Shown here: one piece after another, positions 8,086 to 16,444 of the stretch
Numbering within the stretch: the first letter of the stretch is position 1
How the letters are laid out: each line of letters begins with the position of its first letter
Assembly: GCF_023333595.1 (NCBI RefSeq)
Contig: NZ_JAIQZM010000007.1
Coordinates: 183,763 to 215,762, forward strand
DNA length: 32,000 bases
Origin: Argonema galeatum A003/A1
GTDB lineage: Bacteria; Cyanobacteriota; Cyanobacteriia; Cyanobacteriales; Aerosakkonemataceae
Direction of reading: 5' to 3'
Translations under genes and position numbers: made by a program
The notes under the pieces: generated by a model
What the model was told of the DNA's origin: nothing
What the model saw: only the letters and a program-made list of their open reading frames with translations
Databases searched by the model: none

Positions 8086-8100
8086 CCAGATCTGGATTCT

Positions 8101-8403
8101 CTAGTACAGTTCTTCTTCTTGGTGAGTGATGATGGTGCAGTCAGATTTGGGGTAAGCTACGCAGGTCAGCACGTACCCAGCTTCGATCTGATCGTCATCC
8201 AGGAAGGACTGGTCACCTTGGTCAACTTCACCTGCGGTGATTTTGCCAGCACAGGTCGAGCAAGCACCAGCGCGACAAGAATAGGGCAGGTCAATTCCTT
8301 GTTCTTCGGCAGCGTCAAGAATATATTCGTCGTCTTTTACGTCAATGGTGGTGTTTAACCCTTCTGCGTCGTTCTGTAACGTCACCTTGTAAGTTGTAGC
8401 CAT
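8101..8403 (-). CDS. petF: Plant-type [2Fe-2S] ferredoxin
   Basis: MATTYKVTL...[17 protein letters not shown]...[22 protein letters not shown] gives the canonical cysteine pattern and length from the Met at 8403. Confidence 0.95.
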   Translation of the reverse strand: MATTYKVTLQNDAEGLNTTIDVKDDEYILDAAEEQGIDLPYSCRAGACSTCAGKITAGEVDQGDQSFLDDDQIEAGYVLTCVAYPKSDCTIITHQEEELY

Positions 8404-8721
8404 GAGCAGTCCTCTCAAGTATCACTAAACGGCAATATAAGTTTTCCTTAAGCATTCCTGGCAAGTTATGCTTTGCGCGGGTCTGCTTTGCGGTTTGCTT
8501 CACTTTTTGATACTACGGGAAAAGTAAAGATTTTTGATACTCAATTGGCAGTTTCGGTGAATGGGATTCGTAATTAATTTTCTTAATTTCATCCTAATTG
8601 CTTATACTTATTGCGGAAGGTCACCCGCAGGGACTAAGAATTGGCAGAGTTATGAGTTATGAAGCTCACCAATCTCTAGCAAGAAAGCCCCTAGCCCCTA
8701 GCAAGAAAGCCCCTACACGCG

Positions 8722-9720
8722 ATGAATGCTCCTGCCCATTTTTCTGTCACAATGCCCTTGAAGGTGGGGCTGGTTGGTACGGGTTATGCGGCCAAACTAA
8801 GGGCCGAAACCTTGCAATCGGATTCCCGAAGCCATTTAGTAGCCGTTGCCGGTCATACACCAGAAAAAACGCAGTCGTTCTGTCAAACGTTCCAAGCTGA
8901 AGCTTTCTCGGATTGGCAGCAGCTAGTGGAGCTATCTCATGTGGATCTGGTGATTGTCTCCACTGTTAATAGCGAACATGGCCCGATCGCACGCGCAGCC
9001 CTTGACGCCGGTAAGCACGTTGTGGTTGAATATCCACTTTCTTTGAACCCTACCGAAGCCGAAGAACTGATTGCTTTAGCGCAAAGTAGGGGCAAACTCC
9101 TGCACGTCGAGCATATCGAACTGCTAGGCGGACTGCACCAGGCACTGCGGCAATACTTACCGGAAATTGGCACGGCATTTTATGCCCGCTACAGCACCAT
9201 TAACCCCCAAAAGCCCGCGCCCCGCAAGTGGACTTACAACCCAACACTATTCGGCTTTCCCTTTAGCGGAGCCCTTTCCCGCATCCATCGACTGACGGAT
9301 TTGTTTGGCACAGTAAAGAGCGTTAGCTGCCAAAGTCGATTTTGGGGTAACGAATCGGTATTTTACACCGCCTGTCTTTGCACTGCCCAATTGCGCTTTA
9401 CCAGTGGGTTGGTGGCTGAGGTAACCTATGGCAAAGGGGAAACTTTTTGGCAGGCAGCACGTCCTTTTGAGGTTTATGGAGAGCAAGGCAGCCTTATTTT
9501 TGATGGCGATCGAGGTCAACTGGTGCGGGGCGAGGAAACGACCCCCATCGAGGTGGGCAGTCGCCGTGGTTTATTTGCCAAAGAAACCACTATGGTGTTA
9601 GATCGCTTACTAGAGGGAAAGCCCCTGTATGTGACTCTAGATGCCAGCTTGTATAGCCTCAAAGTGGCTGATGCTGCCCGTCGGTCAGCTGAAACGGGAC
9701 AGACAATTGACATTTTATGA
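8722..9720 (+). CDS. bvdR: Biliverdin reductase-like Gfo/Idh/MocA oxidoreductase
   Basis: Rossmann motif VGLVGTGYAA. GKHVVVEYPLSL...LLHVEHIELLGG...FGFPFSGALSRIHRLTDLFG parallels the conserved blocks of biliverdin reductase A/BvdR. Confidence 0.7.
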   Translation: MNAPAHFSVTMPLKVGLVGTGYAAKLRAETLQSDSRSHLVAVAGHTPEKTQSFCQTFQAEAFSDWQQLVELSHVDLVIVSTVNSEHGPIARAALDAGKHVVVEYPLSLNPTEAEELIALAQSRGKLLHVEHIELLGGLHQALRQYLPEIGTAFYARYSTINPQKPAPRKWTYNPTLFGFPFSGALSRIHRLTDLFGTVKSVSCQSRFWGNESVFYTACLCTAQLRFTSGLVAEVTYGKGETFWQAARPFEVYGEQGSLIFDGDRGQLVRGEETTPIEVGSRRGLFAKETTMVLDRLLEGKPLYVTLDASLYSLKVADAARRSAETGQTIDIL

Positions 9721-9801
9721 CCAAGAAATTATTGGTTTGGTCGCTAGCCGGATTCATCCGTGGGGTCAATCCAAAATCTAAAATCCAAAATCCAAAATCG
9801 A

Positions 9802-11298
9802 ATGACTTTTTTCAAAAAGCTTGTTCCCTCGTTTGGAATGGGGATGGCGAGTGTATTTCTGTTGTCACTAGCTTTGCACTTTTGGGGATTGAGCCGATTC
9901 AACACACTCGTATTTGATGAGATTTATTATGTTAAATATGCCTATAACTACTTAACTCATACTCCTTTATTTGATGCCCATCCGCCTTTGGGCAAATATG
10001 CGATCGCTCTTGGTATATCAATTGGAAATTATTTTCATTTCGGCCAAGATACAGTCAATAACTTGGCGGGTACACAGCTTTCTCCCATTAGTTACCGATG
10101 GCTGAATGCTCTGACAGGCTCGTTGCTGCCCTTAGTTGTGGGGGGAATAGCTTATCAGTTGAGTCGCCGCCCCAGTTATGCTTTGATTGCAGCTTTATTT
10201 ACAACCTGCGATGGCTTATTTCTAGTGGAATCCCGCTACGCTCTGATTAACATTTATCTAGTTTTCTTTGGACTTTTGGGTCAATGGTTTTTTCTGCTAG
10301 CACTCGAACAACAGCGTGGTGGACGCTGGTTTTGTTTAGCTTTATCCGGCATTTGTTTGGGGGCTTCAGTAGGGGTTAAGTGGAATGGACTGGCATTTTT
10401 ATTGGGCATTTATCTGATTTGGATTTGTGCTTGGGTGATGCGATGGGCGCGCTTGTGCAGAGGGGCAGAGTCGCAGAGGGGCAGAGTCGCAGAGGGGCAG
10501 AGTCGCAGAGGGGCAGATAATCAGTCACCGCTGCAAAATTTGACGCGGGTTAATTTATTGGAGATTTTATTTTATTTGGGTGTTATTCCCGCTTTAATCT
10601 ACTACTTAGTTTGGATTCCTCACTTAGAGATAAACACAGAAAGAGGATTTTGGGAATTGCACCAGCAAATCCTGGGATTCCACGAACGAATGCAAAATGG
10701 GCCAAAAGTTCATCCTTACTGCTCCAAGTGGTACAGTTGGCCTTTGATAGTGCGTCCGGTAGTTTATCTTTACGAAACTGCTAGCAATACCACAGAATCT
10801 GTTCCATCTTTGCCGCCTTTGCCTGCGGGTACTGCGAAAGTTATTTACGATGTTCATGCGATGGGAAACCCGGCTTTATGGTGGTTATCTGCGATCGCAA
10901 TTTTGCTATTGGTTGGGGAATTGGTTAAGCGCGTCTGGGTTTGGGTTACAACATCTGGGAATTTAGATAGAAGCGCCGTTTACTTTCCTCAGCAAAAGGA
11001 ATTGTGGTGCGTGCTTTACTTGGTGCTGAACTATGCGGCTAACTTTTTGCCTTGGATCAAGGTGACTCGCTGCACTTTTATCTATTTATATATGGGTGGA
11101 GTTATCTTTGCATTTTTGGCTTTGGCGTGGCTGGTAGAACGCTGGCTCCACAGCCCAAGACCTCGACTGCGGGCAATGGGCGTTACTGCTATCTTTCTGA
11201 TTTTGGTGGCTTTTGTCTTCTGGTTACCAGTCTATTTAGGATTGCCTTTATCGCCGCAAAGTTTCCAAATCAGAATGTGGTTTCCCTCCTGGATTTAA
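9802..11298 (+). CDS. Dolichyl-phosphate-mannose protein mannosyltransferase-like membrane glycosyltransferase (GT39/PMT family)
   Basis: Polytopic membrane protein with FDEIYYVKYA and HPPLGKY motifs. The start is set at Met 9802, because the track start at 9760 lies in AAAATCC heptamer repeats. Confidence 0.75.
   Translation: MTFFKKLVPSFGMGMASVFLLSLALHFWGLSRFNTLVFDEIYYVKYAYNYLTHTPLFDAHPPLGKYAIALGISIGNYFHFGQDTVNNLAGTQLSPISYRWLNALTGSLLPLVVGGIAYQLSRRPSYALIAALFTTCDGLFLVESRYALINIYLVFFGLLGQWFFLLALEQQRGGRWFCLALSGICLGASVGVKWNGLAFLLGIYLIWICAWVMRWARLCRGAESQRGRVAEGQSRRGADNQSPLQNLTRVNLLEILFYLGVIPALIYYLVWIPHLEINTERGFWELHQQILGFHERMQNGPKVHPYCSKWYSWPLIVRPVVYLYETASNTTESVPSLPPLPAGTAKVIYDVHAMGNPALWWLSAIAILLLVGELVKRVWVWVTTSGNLDRSAVYFPQQKELWCVLYLVLNYAANFLPWIKVTRCTFIYLYMGGVIFAFLALAWLVERWLHSPRPRLRAMGVTAIFLILVAFVFWLPVYLGLPLSPQSFQIRMWFPSWI
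10457..10517 (+). repeat. Tandem 16-nt repeat gcagaggggcagagtc, 3 copies plus a partial, in frame inside the glycosyltransferase CDS
   Basis: Direct reading gives 10457-10472, 10473-10488 and 10489-10504 as identical copies, followed by a partial copy. Confidence 0.9.
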
Positions 11299-11300
11299 TG

Positions 11301-11402
11301 TATATAGGACTTACGCACTGTAACGGCAGCACAAGGGTTTCAGCTTCTTTATAAACGCCCAGAATGGCGTAATTTGGTACTCGGTGCGTAAGTCCTAGTA
11401 TA
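11301..11402. mobile_element. MITE-like element of about 100 bp with terminal inverted repeats TAGGACTTACGCAC / GTGCGTAAGTCCTA
   Basis: 14-bp perfect inverted repeats at 11305-11318 and 11384-11397 lie immediately after the PMT stop codon. Confidence 0.55.
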
Positions 11403-11438
11403 GCTAGGGGCTAGAACACTGATTCATTCAGTAATGGT

Positions 11439-11790
11439 AGGGGCGAATCATTCGGGCCGGAAATCTATGGGAAGAGCGAAAGTTTTACAGCCCGCAAGCT
11501 TCGCCCCAACAAGAGCCTGACGACTAAAGTCGCGGCTACACAGACAAAGCCCGCGAAGGCGGGCTAAATAATAGAGCGGATTTGGTATAGCAACCCCCAG
11601 GGCGGTTAGGACATTCTTAATTCCTGAAACCGTTCGGACTTCGGCGCTCGCCGAACGTCTCACGACGAAGCCCTTGATTTAGACCCTTCTTACCCTAGTC
11701 CCTAGTCCCTAGCCCCTAGTCCCTAGCTATATTAGACCGCGCAGGCGGTCTTTGTTCGTATAGCCGCGAATGAGAGTCGTTAGCTGCGTT
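11439..11790. repeat. Cluster of nested palindromic dispersed repeats with an internal heptamer tract CCCTAGT (11694-11733)
   Basis: Pairs seen: GGGGCGAA...TTCGCCCC, gactaaagtcgcggc, agcccgcgaaggcgggct, cgttcggacttcggcgctcgccgaacg and gaccgcgcaggcggtc. Related sequence recurs at 17560-17695 and 19428-19535. Confidence 0.7.
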
Positions 11791-11801
11791 TCTTAGCTAT
11801 A

Positions 11802-13118
11802 TCATCGGCCTAATTTATTGGGAATACCATCGCAACCACCGGGAATAGTGTCTCTGGTTTGGGAACCACCCCAGGCGCAGCAGTAATAGCGCTGTTCTTC
11901 CGATAAGCGCTGAACGCCAGTAAAATCGGCCTTTTCAACCACGGCTCCTGTGTGTACCCCAGTTTGATAGTCGGCCAATACGGTGCGGCTGCGGGGGCTG
12001 GCGGTTTTGGCAGAACCGTAAAATAAGCGGGTTCCTTTGAGATCGACACCGACTAGATTGGCTTCGTACAAAATGGTACGAGAAAGATTGGCGTGTGCCA
12101 AATCGCAGGCTCTGAGATTGGCTCTGACGAGATTGGCGTCGCTGAGTTCGGCCCAACGCAGATCGGTATAGGAAAGGTTTGCTCCAGCTAGCATAACGCC
12201 CAGATCGATGACTCGCACGCCATAATCGCGGTCTTCCTCGTAACCGCCGAAACCATTGAGGATGGCTCGTCCTAAGTGTTGATCGCGCTTGAGGGGGCTG
12301 AGTAATTTGGACTGGGACAAAAATCTGAGGACTTTGGCTTTACCTTGTGCATCGATACTGGTGAGAATAGCGGCTGTGCGTCCTTCTGCAAAGACTCGTT
12401 CTTGAGGCCAATCTTCTAGCATTCCTTCGTCATCTAATGCTAGATCTGAGACGCCCTGGAAGTAAGCATCGATGGTTTGTTGTTGGGTGATGATGTTTTG
12501 CTGAATGGTTAAGTCTTTGGAGATGACGTATTGACGCCAAGCAATATAGACGGCGAGAACGGCGATCATAATTTGCCCTAAAGCGCCAGTCCATTCTGCC
12601 CAGGAACCGAATTCATCCCATTTAATCCGTTCCAGCCAACGACTAATGCCTTGGTAAACACCAATAAATTTGAATAAGCCTAATATGGCGGCTAAAAAGC
12701 CGATGATGCCTAAGAGCTGCGATCGCTCGTGGGGCTGCAAATCATTTAACCAGGATTGTAGGAGGGGCCACATTAGTCGCAGGGATAGGAGTAGGGCGAC
12801 TGTCGATCCGGATATGCCAAGGAAGAAGTTATTGAGGATTATCCCCACGAACATCAGGGCGATCGCGCATACGATAATCCAAGAGGCGGAACGGTATGGG
12901 ACAGCGGTGGTGGCGGCGACATTTTTTTGGATGGCAATTTCCGATTGTGCAAGGCTAGACAGGAACCTTTCTGGTTCTCTGGTCCCCACCGATGCTGAAA
13001 ATTCACCAGTGCGAGGCTGATTTGCAACGCTTCCATTGTCACTACCACCGTCTGGACTCTCAGTAGGCAAATCTGGCTGAGTTGGGCTGGTTTGATGAGA
13101 ATTAGGCTCTTCGGTCAT
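11802..13118 (-). CDS. Membrane protein with a C-terminal pentapeptide-repeat domain
   Basis: 438 aa with a low-complexity N-terminus and several hydrophobic helices. These are followed by ANLSYTDLRWAELSDANLVRANLRACDLAHANLSRTILYEANLVGVDLKG. Confidence 0.75.
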   Translation of the reverse strand: MTEEPNSHQTSPTQPDLPTESPDGGSDNGSVANQPRTGEFSASVGTREPERFLSSLAQSEIAIQKNVAATTAVPYRSASWIIVCAIALMFVGIILNNFFLGISGSTVALLLSLRLMWPLLQSWLNDLQPHERSQLLGIIGFLAAILGLFKFIGVYQGISRWLERIKWDEFGSWAEWTGALGQIMIAVLAVYIAWRQYVISKDLTIQQNIITQQQTIDAYFQGVSDLALDDEGMLEDWPQERVFAEGRTAAILTSIDAQGKAKVLRFLSQSKLLSPLKRDQHLGRAILNGFGGYEEDRDYGVRVIDLGVMLAGANLSYTDLRWAELSDANLVRANLRACDLAHANLSRTILYEANLVGVDLKGTRLFYGSAKTASPRSRTVLADYQTGVHTGAVVEKADFTGVQRLSEEQRYYCCAWGGSQTRDTIPGGCDGIPNKLGR

Positions 13119-13288
13119 CTTTCTTCTAGCTTGTGCAGGCTGGGCGGAATGCCTGTTTACCTACAAAATTTTACCTAACTGTTAGGGTATGGTTTGTGGT
13201 TTGTTGCTGGTTTTGGGTGCGATCGGCGTTGGCGGACTGGATGGCGATCGAGTAAAACTAAAATGACACCATCCCCAATCTCTAACTT

Positions 13289-13705
13289 ATGGCACTTGAA
13301 CTGGCAGCAGCAAAGATCGCAGAAATCGCTTTTGGCAAATTGGTGGAAACTGCGGTTGGTAAAGGTATCGAAGCGGGTTTAGAAAAGCTGAAACCTTTGC
13401 GTGATAAGATTTGGCACAAGCTGACGGGAAATGCAGACGCCGAAGCAGCTTTAGCCGAAGTGCAGCAAAATCCCTTTCCGGCGAATGTGGAACGGGTGGC
13501 GACTTTTCTGGATGTGGCGATGATTGAGGATAAGCCGTTTGCTAATGAGATTCAGACATTGGCGCAACAGATTAATCAGGAAATCGACGCTAGGACTATT
13601 CAAGATAATAGCAAAACTCAGATTAATCGAGATAACGCTACAGGCAACCAAGTGGAGAACGTTAAGGCTGAAAATGTTCATTTTGGGGATGTTCACAACC
13701 ACTGA
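13289..13705 (+). CDS. Helical N-terminal module (138 aa) in the same frame as the downstream STAND ATPase, ended by one TGA
   Basis: ATG at 13289. The sequence is alanine- and leucine-rich helical (MALELAAAKIAEIAFGKLVETAVGKGIEAG...) followed by an N/Q-rich linker. TGA at 13703-13705 is the only stop between 13289 and 16444 in this frame. Confidence 0.6.
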   Translation: MALELAAAKIAEIAFGKLVETAVGKGIEAGLEKLKPLRDKIWHKLTGNADAEAALAEVQQNPFPANVERVATFLDVAMIEDKPFANEIQTLAQQINQEIDARTIQDNSKTQINRDNATGNQVENVKAENVHFGDVHNH

Positions 13706-13774
13706 CCCTCTGGTAGCCCAAATCGCCCATATTCCGTTAACGTTATCGACTCGCCGCCGAGTCTGAAGGATTGG

Positions 13775-16444
13775 GTGGGGCGAAAAGAGGAAGTGGAAGT
13801 ATTGCAAAAATGGTTAGCAAATCCCAATATTAATACGATCGGGATACAAGGTTTGGGAGGAATCGGCAAATCTTCCCTGGCGGCGTATCTCTACAAAAAC
13901 TCTGGCTTTGCAGCTAAATCCTGGGCGGATGTCAGCCAAAAGCCGGATTTTGCCGCATTTGCCGAAAAGACGATACCAGCTTTGGGGGGAAGCATTACCC
14001 AGACTGGCGACACCACCCAACTGATAAACGATTTGCTGAAATGTCTGCGTCAGCAACGGTGTTTGCTGGTAATTGATAATTTGGAAACGCTGCTGAATGA
14101 GGCGCGAGAGTTCCCAGATTCAGCTTACCAGCAATTTTTTAGGCGCTGGTTGCGGCAGGGTGAAACGAGTACCCTGTTGCTGACTACCCAGGAACAGCCT
14201 CACCTGTTGCAAGCAAAAGCGAATTGGTATCTTTTGGCGGGGATGACTCCCAGCGATGGGGTACAGTTGTTGCAAAAGTTAGAGATTCAGGGAACAGTTG
14301 AGGAATTGGCAGCTTTTGCAGCGATTGTGGATGGACACCCCCTGACGTTGCAGCTAGTGGCTGGTTTTTTACGGCAATACTGCCATTCTCGGCTAAGTGG
14401 TGTGGCGGAATTGGAATTACAGCAGTTTGATTTAGTATACCGTCAGGCGGAAGGGTTGCATCGGGATAAGGAGGATGCGCGGTTAGAGTGGATTTTGCAA
14501 CAGCATTTGCAACGTTTGAGTGAGGAACAGCAGAATTTTTTGGTTAATTTGAGTGTTTATCGCCTACCGTTTGATTTTCGGGCGGCGGGGAGGATGTTGG
14601 GAGATCCCCCCAACCCCCCTTGTGAAGGGGGGCTAAGAGAGGGTGGAGATCCCCCCAACCCCCCTTCACAAGGGGGGCTAAGAGAGAACGGAGATCCTCG
14701 TTTTGAAGGGGGGCTAAAAGAAATCAGAAACCCCCCTTGTGAAGGGGGGCTAAGAGAAATCAGAAACCCCCCTTGTGAAGGGGGGCTAGGGGGGATCTCT
14801 TTGGCAATTGTGAAGGCTTTGCGGGAATTATCCAATCGTTCTTTGTTGCTGGAAACTGAAGTTAAAGACTATTACAAATTTCAGCCGTTGGTGCAGGAAT
14901 ATTTGCAAAAGCAAGGAACGGATTTAAGTGCTGCACATGAAAAGGCTATTGATTATTATAAATCGCAGGTTAGACCGCAGCCTTGGGAAACGCTTAAGGA
15001 TGTAAGGGCTTATTTGGAAATTTTTTATCATCTTTGTCAGTTGCAAAGATATGGGGAAGCTTTTTACACTATTCGCGATGATAACGATGTAAACAACTTT
15101 TTAGATTTGCGTGGTTACTATGCTACACAAGTCAGTCTGTATGAGCAGTTAGTTCAGGCGTGGCAACCAAACGAGTCAGAAAAAGTAACCTTCGCGGCAG
15201 CGATTAATAATTTAGGTTTAGCTTATAATGCCGTGTCCAAATACCAGCAAGCAATAGAGTTATTTGACAGACTTCTAGTAATTGCAGTAGACAGCGGCGA
15301 TAGAAAGAATCAAGCTAATGCTTTAGGCAATCTTGGCTTTGCTTATAATAACTTAGGCCAATATAATGAGGCTATAAAATACCTTGAGCAAGCTTTGCAA
15401 ATTGATCGGAAAACTGGTGATATCGGAGGAACAGCAAAGTCTTTAAATCATCTTGGCAATGCTTACGATAATTTGGGAGAATACCAGCAGGCTATTCATT
15501 ACTATCAGCAGTGCCTAAATATTGCAATGGAAATACGTGATCGCAGGGAAGAAGCTAATGCTCTTGGCAATTTAGGATTAGTTTATAAAAATTTAGGGCA
15601 ATATCAGCAGGCTATAGAGTTTATTGAAAAAGCTATAGAAATTGATGAAGAAACTGGTTATCAATTTGGAAAATATCAATCAATCCGAGTTTTAGGTAGT
15701 ATTTATATAGAATTAAAAATTTACACTATAGCTATTATCAAGTATCAGCAATGTCTAGAAATTGAAAGGGAAATTGGCGATCGTCGTGGTGAAGGTAGTT
15801 CCCTTGATGCTTTAGGTAATGCTTACGATTCTCTAGGACAATATCAGGAAGCGATTGGTTTCTATCAGCAACGGCTAGAAATTGCGAGGGAAATTGGCGA
15901 TCGTCGTGGTGAAGGTGGTTCCCTTAATAATTTAGGCAATGCTTACTATTATCTAGGACAATATCAGGAAGCGATTCGTTTCTATCAGCAATGGCTAGAA
16001 ATTGCGAAGGAAATCGGCGATCGTCGTGGTGAAAGTGGTTCCCTTAATAATTTAGGTAATGCTTACTATTATCTAGGACAATATCAGGAAGCGATTCGTT
16101 TCTATCAGCAATGGCTAGAAATTGCGAGGGAAATCGGCGATAAGAGGGGTAAAGCTAATTCTTTTTTAATTTTATCTGCATCATCTAACAAAATTGGCAG
16201 AGTTAAAGAAGGTTATGCAGCAGCATATCAAGCCATTCAGATATTAAAAGAACTTAAGCTACCCCTTGAAGCTATGCCTTATCCCAACTGGATGAAATTG
16301 ATAGCTAAATTTGCCCAACGTGGAAAATGGCAATTAGCTTTATGCTTCATTTTAGGTTTATTCGCTTTCCCATTTGGCTTAGTTTGGATTGTAGGGTTAA
16401 TGCTGTGGCGAGTGGTAAGCGCAAAATTTCGGCGGCGTGGTTGA
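13775..16444 (+). CDS. STAND NTPase: NB-ARC-like P-loop ATPase, TPR array and C-terminal transmembrane helix
   Basis: Walker A GIQGLGGIGKSSLA and Walker B CLLVIDNLE are present. There are at least 10 TPR-like 40-aa repeats (NLGNAY..LGQYQEAI.FYQQ.LEIAREIGDRRGE). The C-terminal hydrophobic segment is WQLALCFILGLFAFPFGLVWIVGLMLW. The track start is a GTG. Confidence 0.85.
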   Translation: MGRKEEVEVLQKWLANPNINTIGIQGLGGIGKSSLAAYLYKNSGFAAKSWADVSQKPDFAAFAEKTIPALGGSITQTGDTTQLINDLLKCLRQQRCLLVIDNLETLLNEAREFPDSAYQQFFRRWLRQGETSTLLLTTQEQPHLLQAKANWYLLAGMTPSDGVQLLQKLEIQGTVEELAAFAAIVDGHPLTLQLVAGFLRQYCHSRLSGVAELELQQFDLVYRQAEGLHRDKEDARLEWILQQHLQRLSEEQQNFLVNLSVYRLPFDFRAAGRMLGDPPNPPCEGGLREGGDPPNPPSQGGLRENGDPRFEGGLKEIRNPPCEGGLREIRNPPCEGGLGGISLAIVKALRELSNRSLLLETEVKDYYKFQPLVQEYLQKQGTDLSAAHEKAIDYYKSQVRPQPWETLKDVRAYLEIFYHLCQLQRYGEAFYTIRDDNDVNNFLDLRGYYATQVSLYEQLVQAWQPNESEKVTFAAAINNLGLAYNAVSKYQQAIELFDRLLVIAVDSGDRKNQANALGNLGFAYNNLGQYNEAIKYLEQALQIDRKTGDIGGTAKSLNHLGNAYDNLGEYQQAIHYYQQCLNIAMEIRDRREEANALGNLGLVYKNLGQYQQAIEFIEKAIEIDEETGYQFGKYQSIRVLGSIYIELKIYTIAIIKYQQCLEIEREIGDRRGEGSSLDALGNAYDSLGQYQEAIGFYQQRLEIAREIGDRRGEGGSLNNLGNAYYYLGQYQEAIRFYQQWLEIAKEIGDRRGESGSLNNLGNAYYYLGQYQEAIRFYQQWLEIAREIGDKRGKANSFLILSASSNKIGRVKEGYAAAYQAIQILKELKLPLEAMPYPNWMKLIAKFAQRGKWQLALCFILGLFAFPFGLVWIVGLMLWRVVSAKFRRRG
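14601..14799. repeat. Block of 5 palindromic mini-repeats (CCCCCCTT-gtg/cac-AAGGGGGG units), bounded by GAGATCCCCCC / GGGGGGATCTC, inside the STAND CDS
   Basis: Direct reading; one unit has the loop triplet inverted (cac versus gtg). The forward frame (GDPPNPPCEGGLRE...) and the antisense frame both stay open, as expected for palindromes. Confidence 0.9.
15771..16130 (+). repeat. Three tandem 120-nt (40-aa TPR) units; units 2 and 3 differ at about 4 of 120 nt
   Basis: Units lie at 15771-15890, 15891-16010 and 16011-16130, aligned by eye. Confidence 0.85.

Noticed and set aside
8598-8900. 100-aa plus-strand ORF overlapping the bvdR start
   Set aside because: It is out of frame with the well-supported BvdR-like ORF, and its composition is not protein-like.
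9717-9801. ORFs starting at 9717 or 9760 (IQNPKSKIQN...)
   Set aside because: This is translation of AAAATCC/AAAATCT heptamer repeats. The same tract occurs at 22265-22285 in non-coding DNA. The glycosyltransferase more plausibly starts at 9802.
14557-14835. Minus-strand 92-aa ORF inside the STAND gene
   Set aside because: It is an artifact of the palindromic mini-repeats, which read open in both directions.
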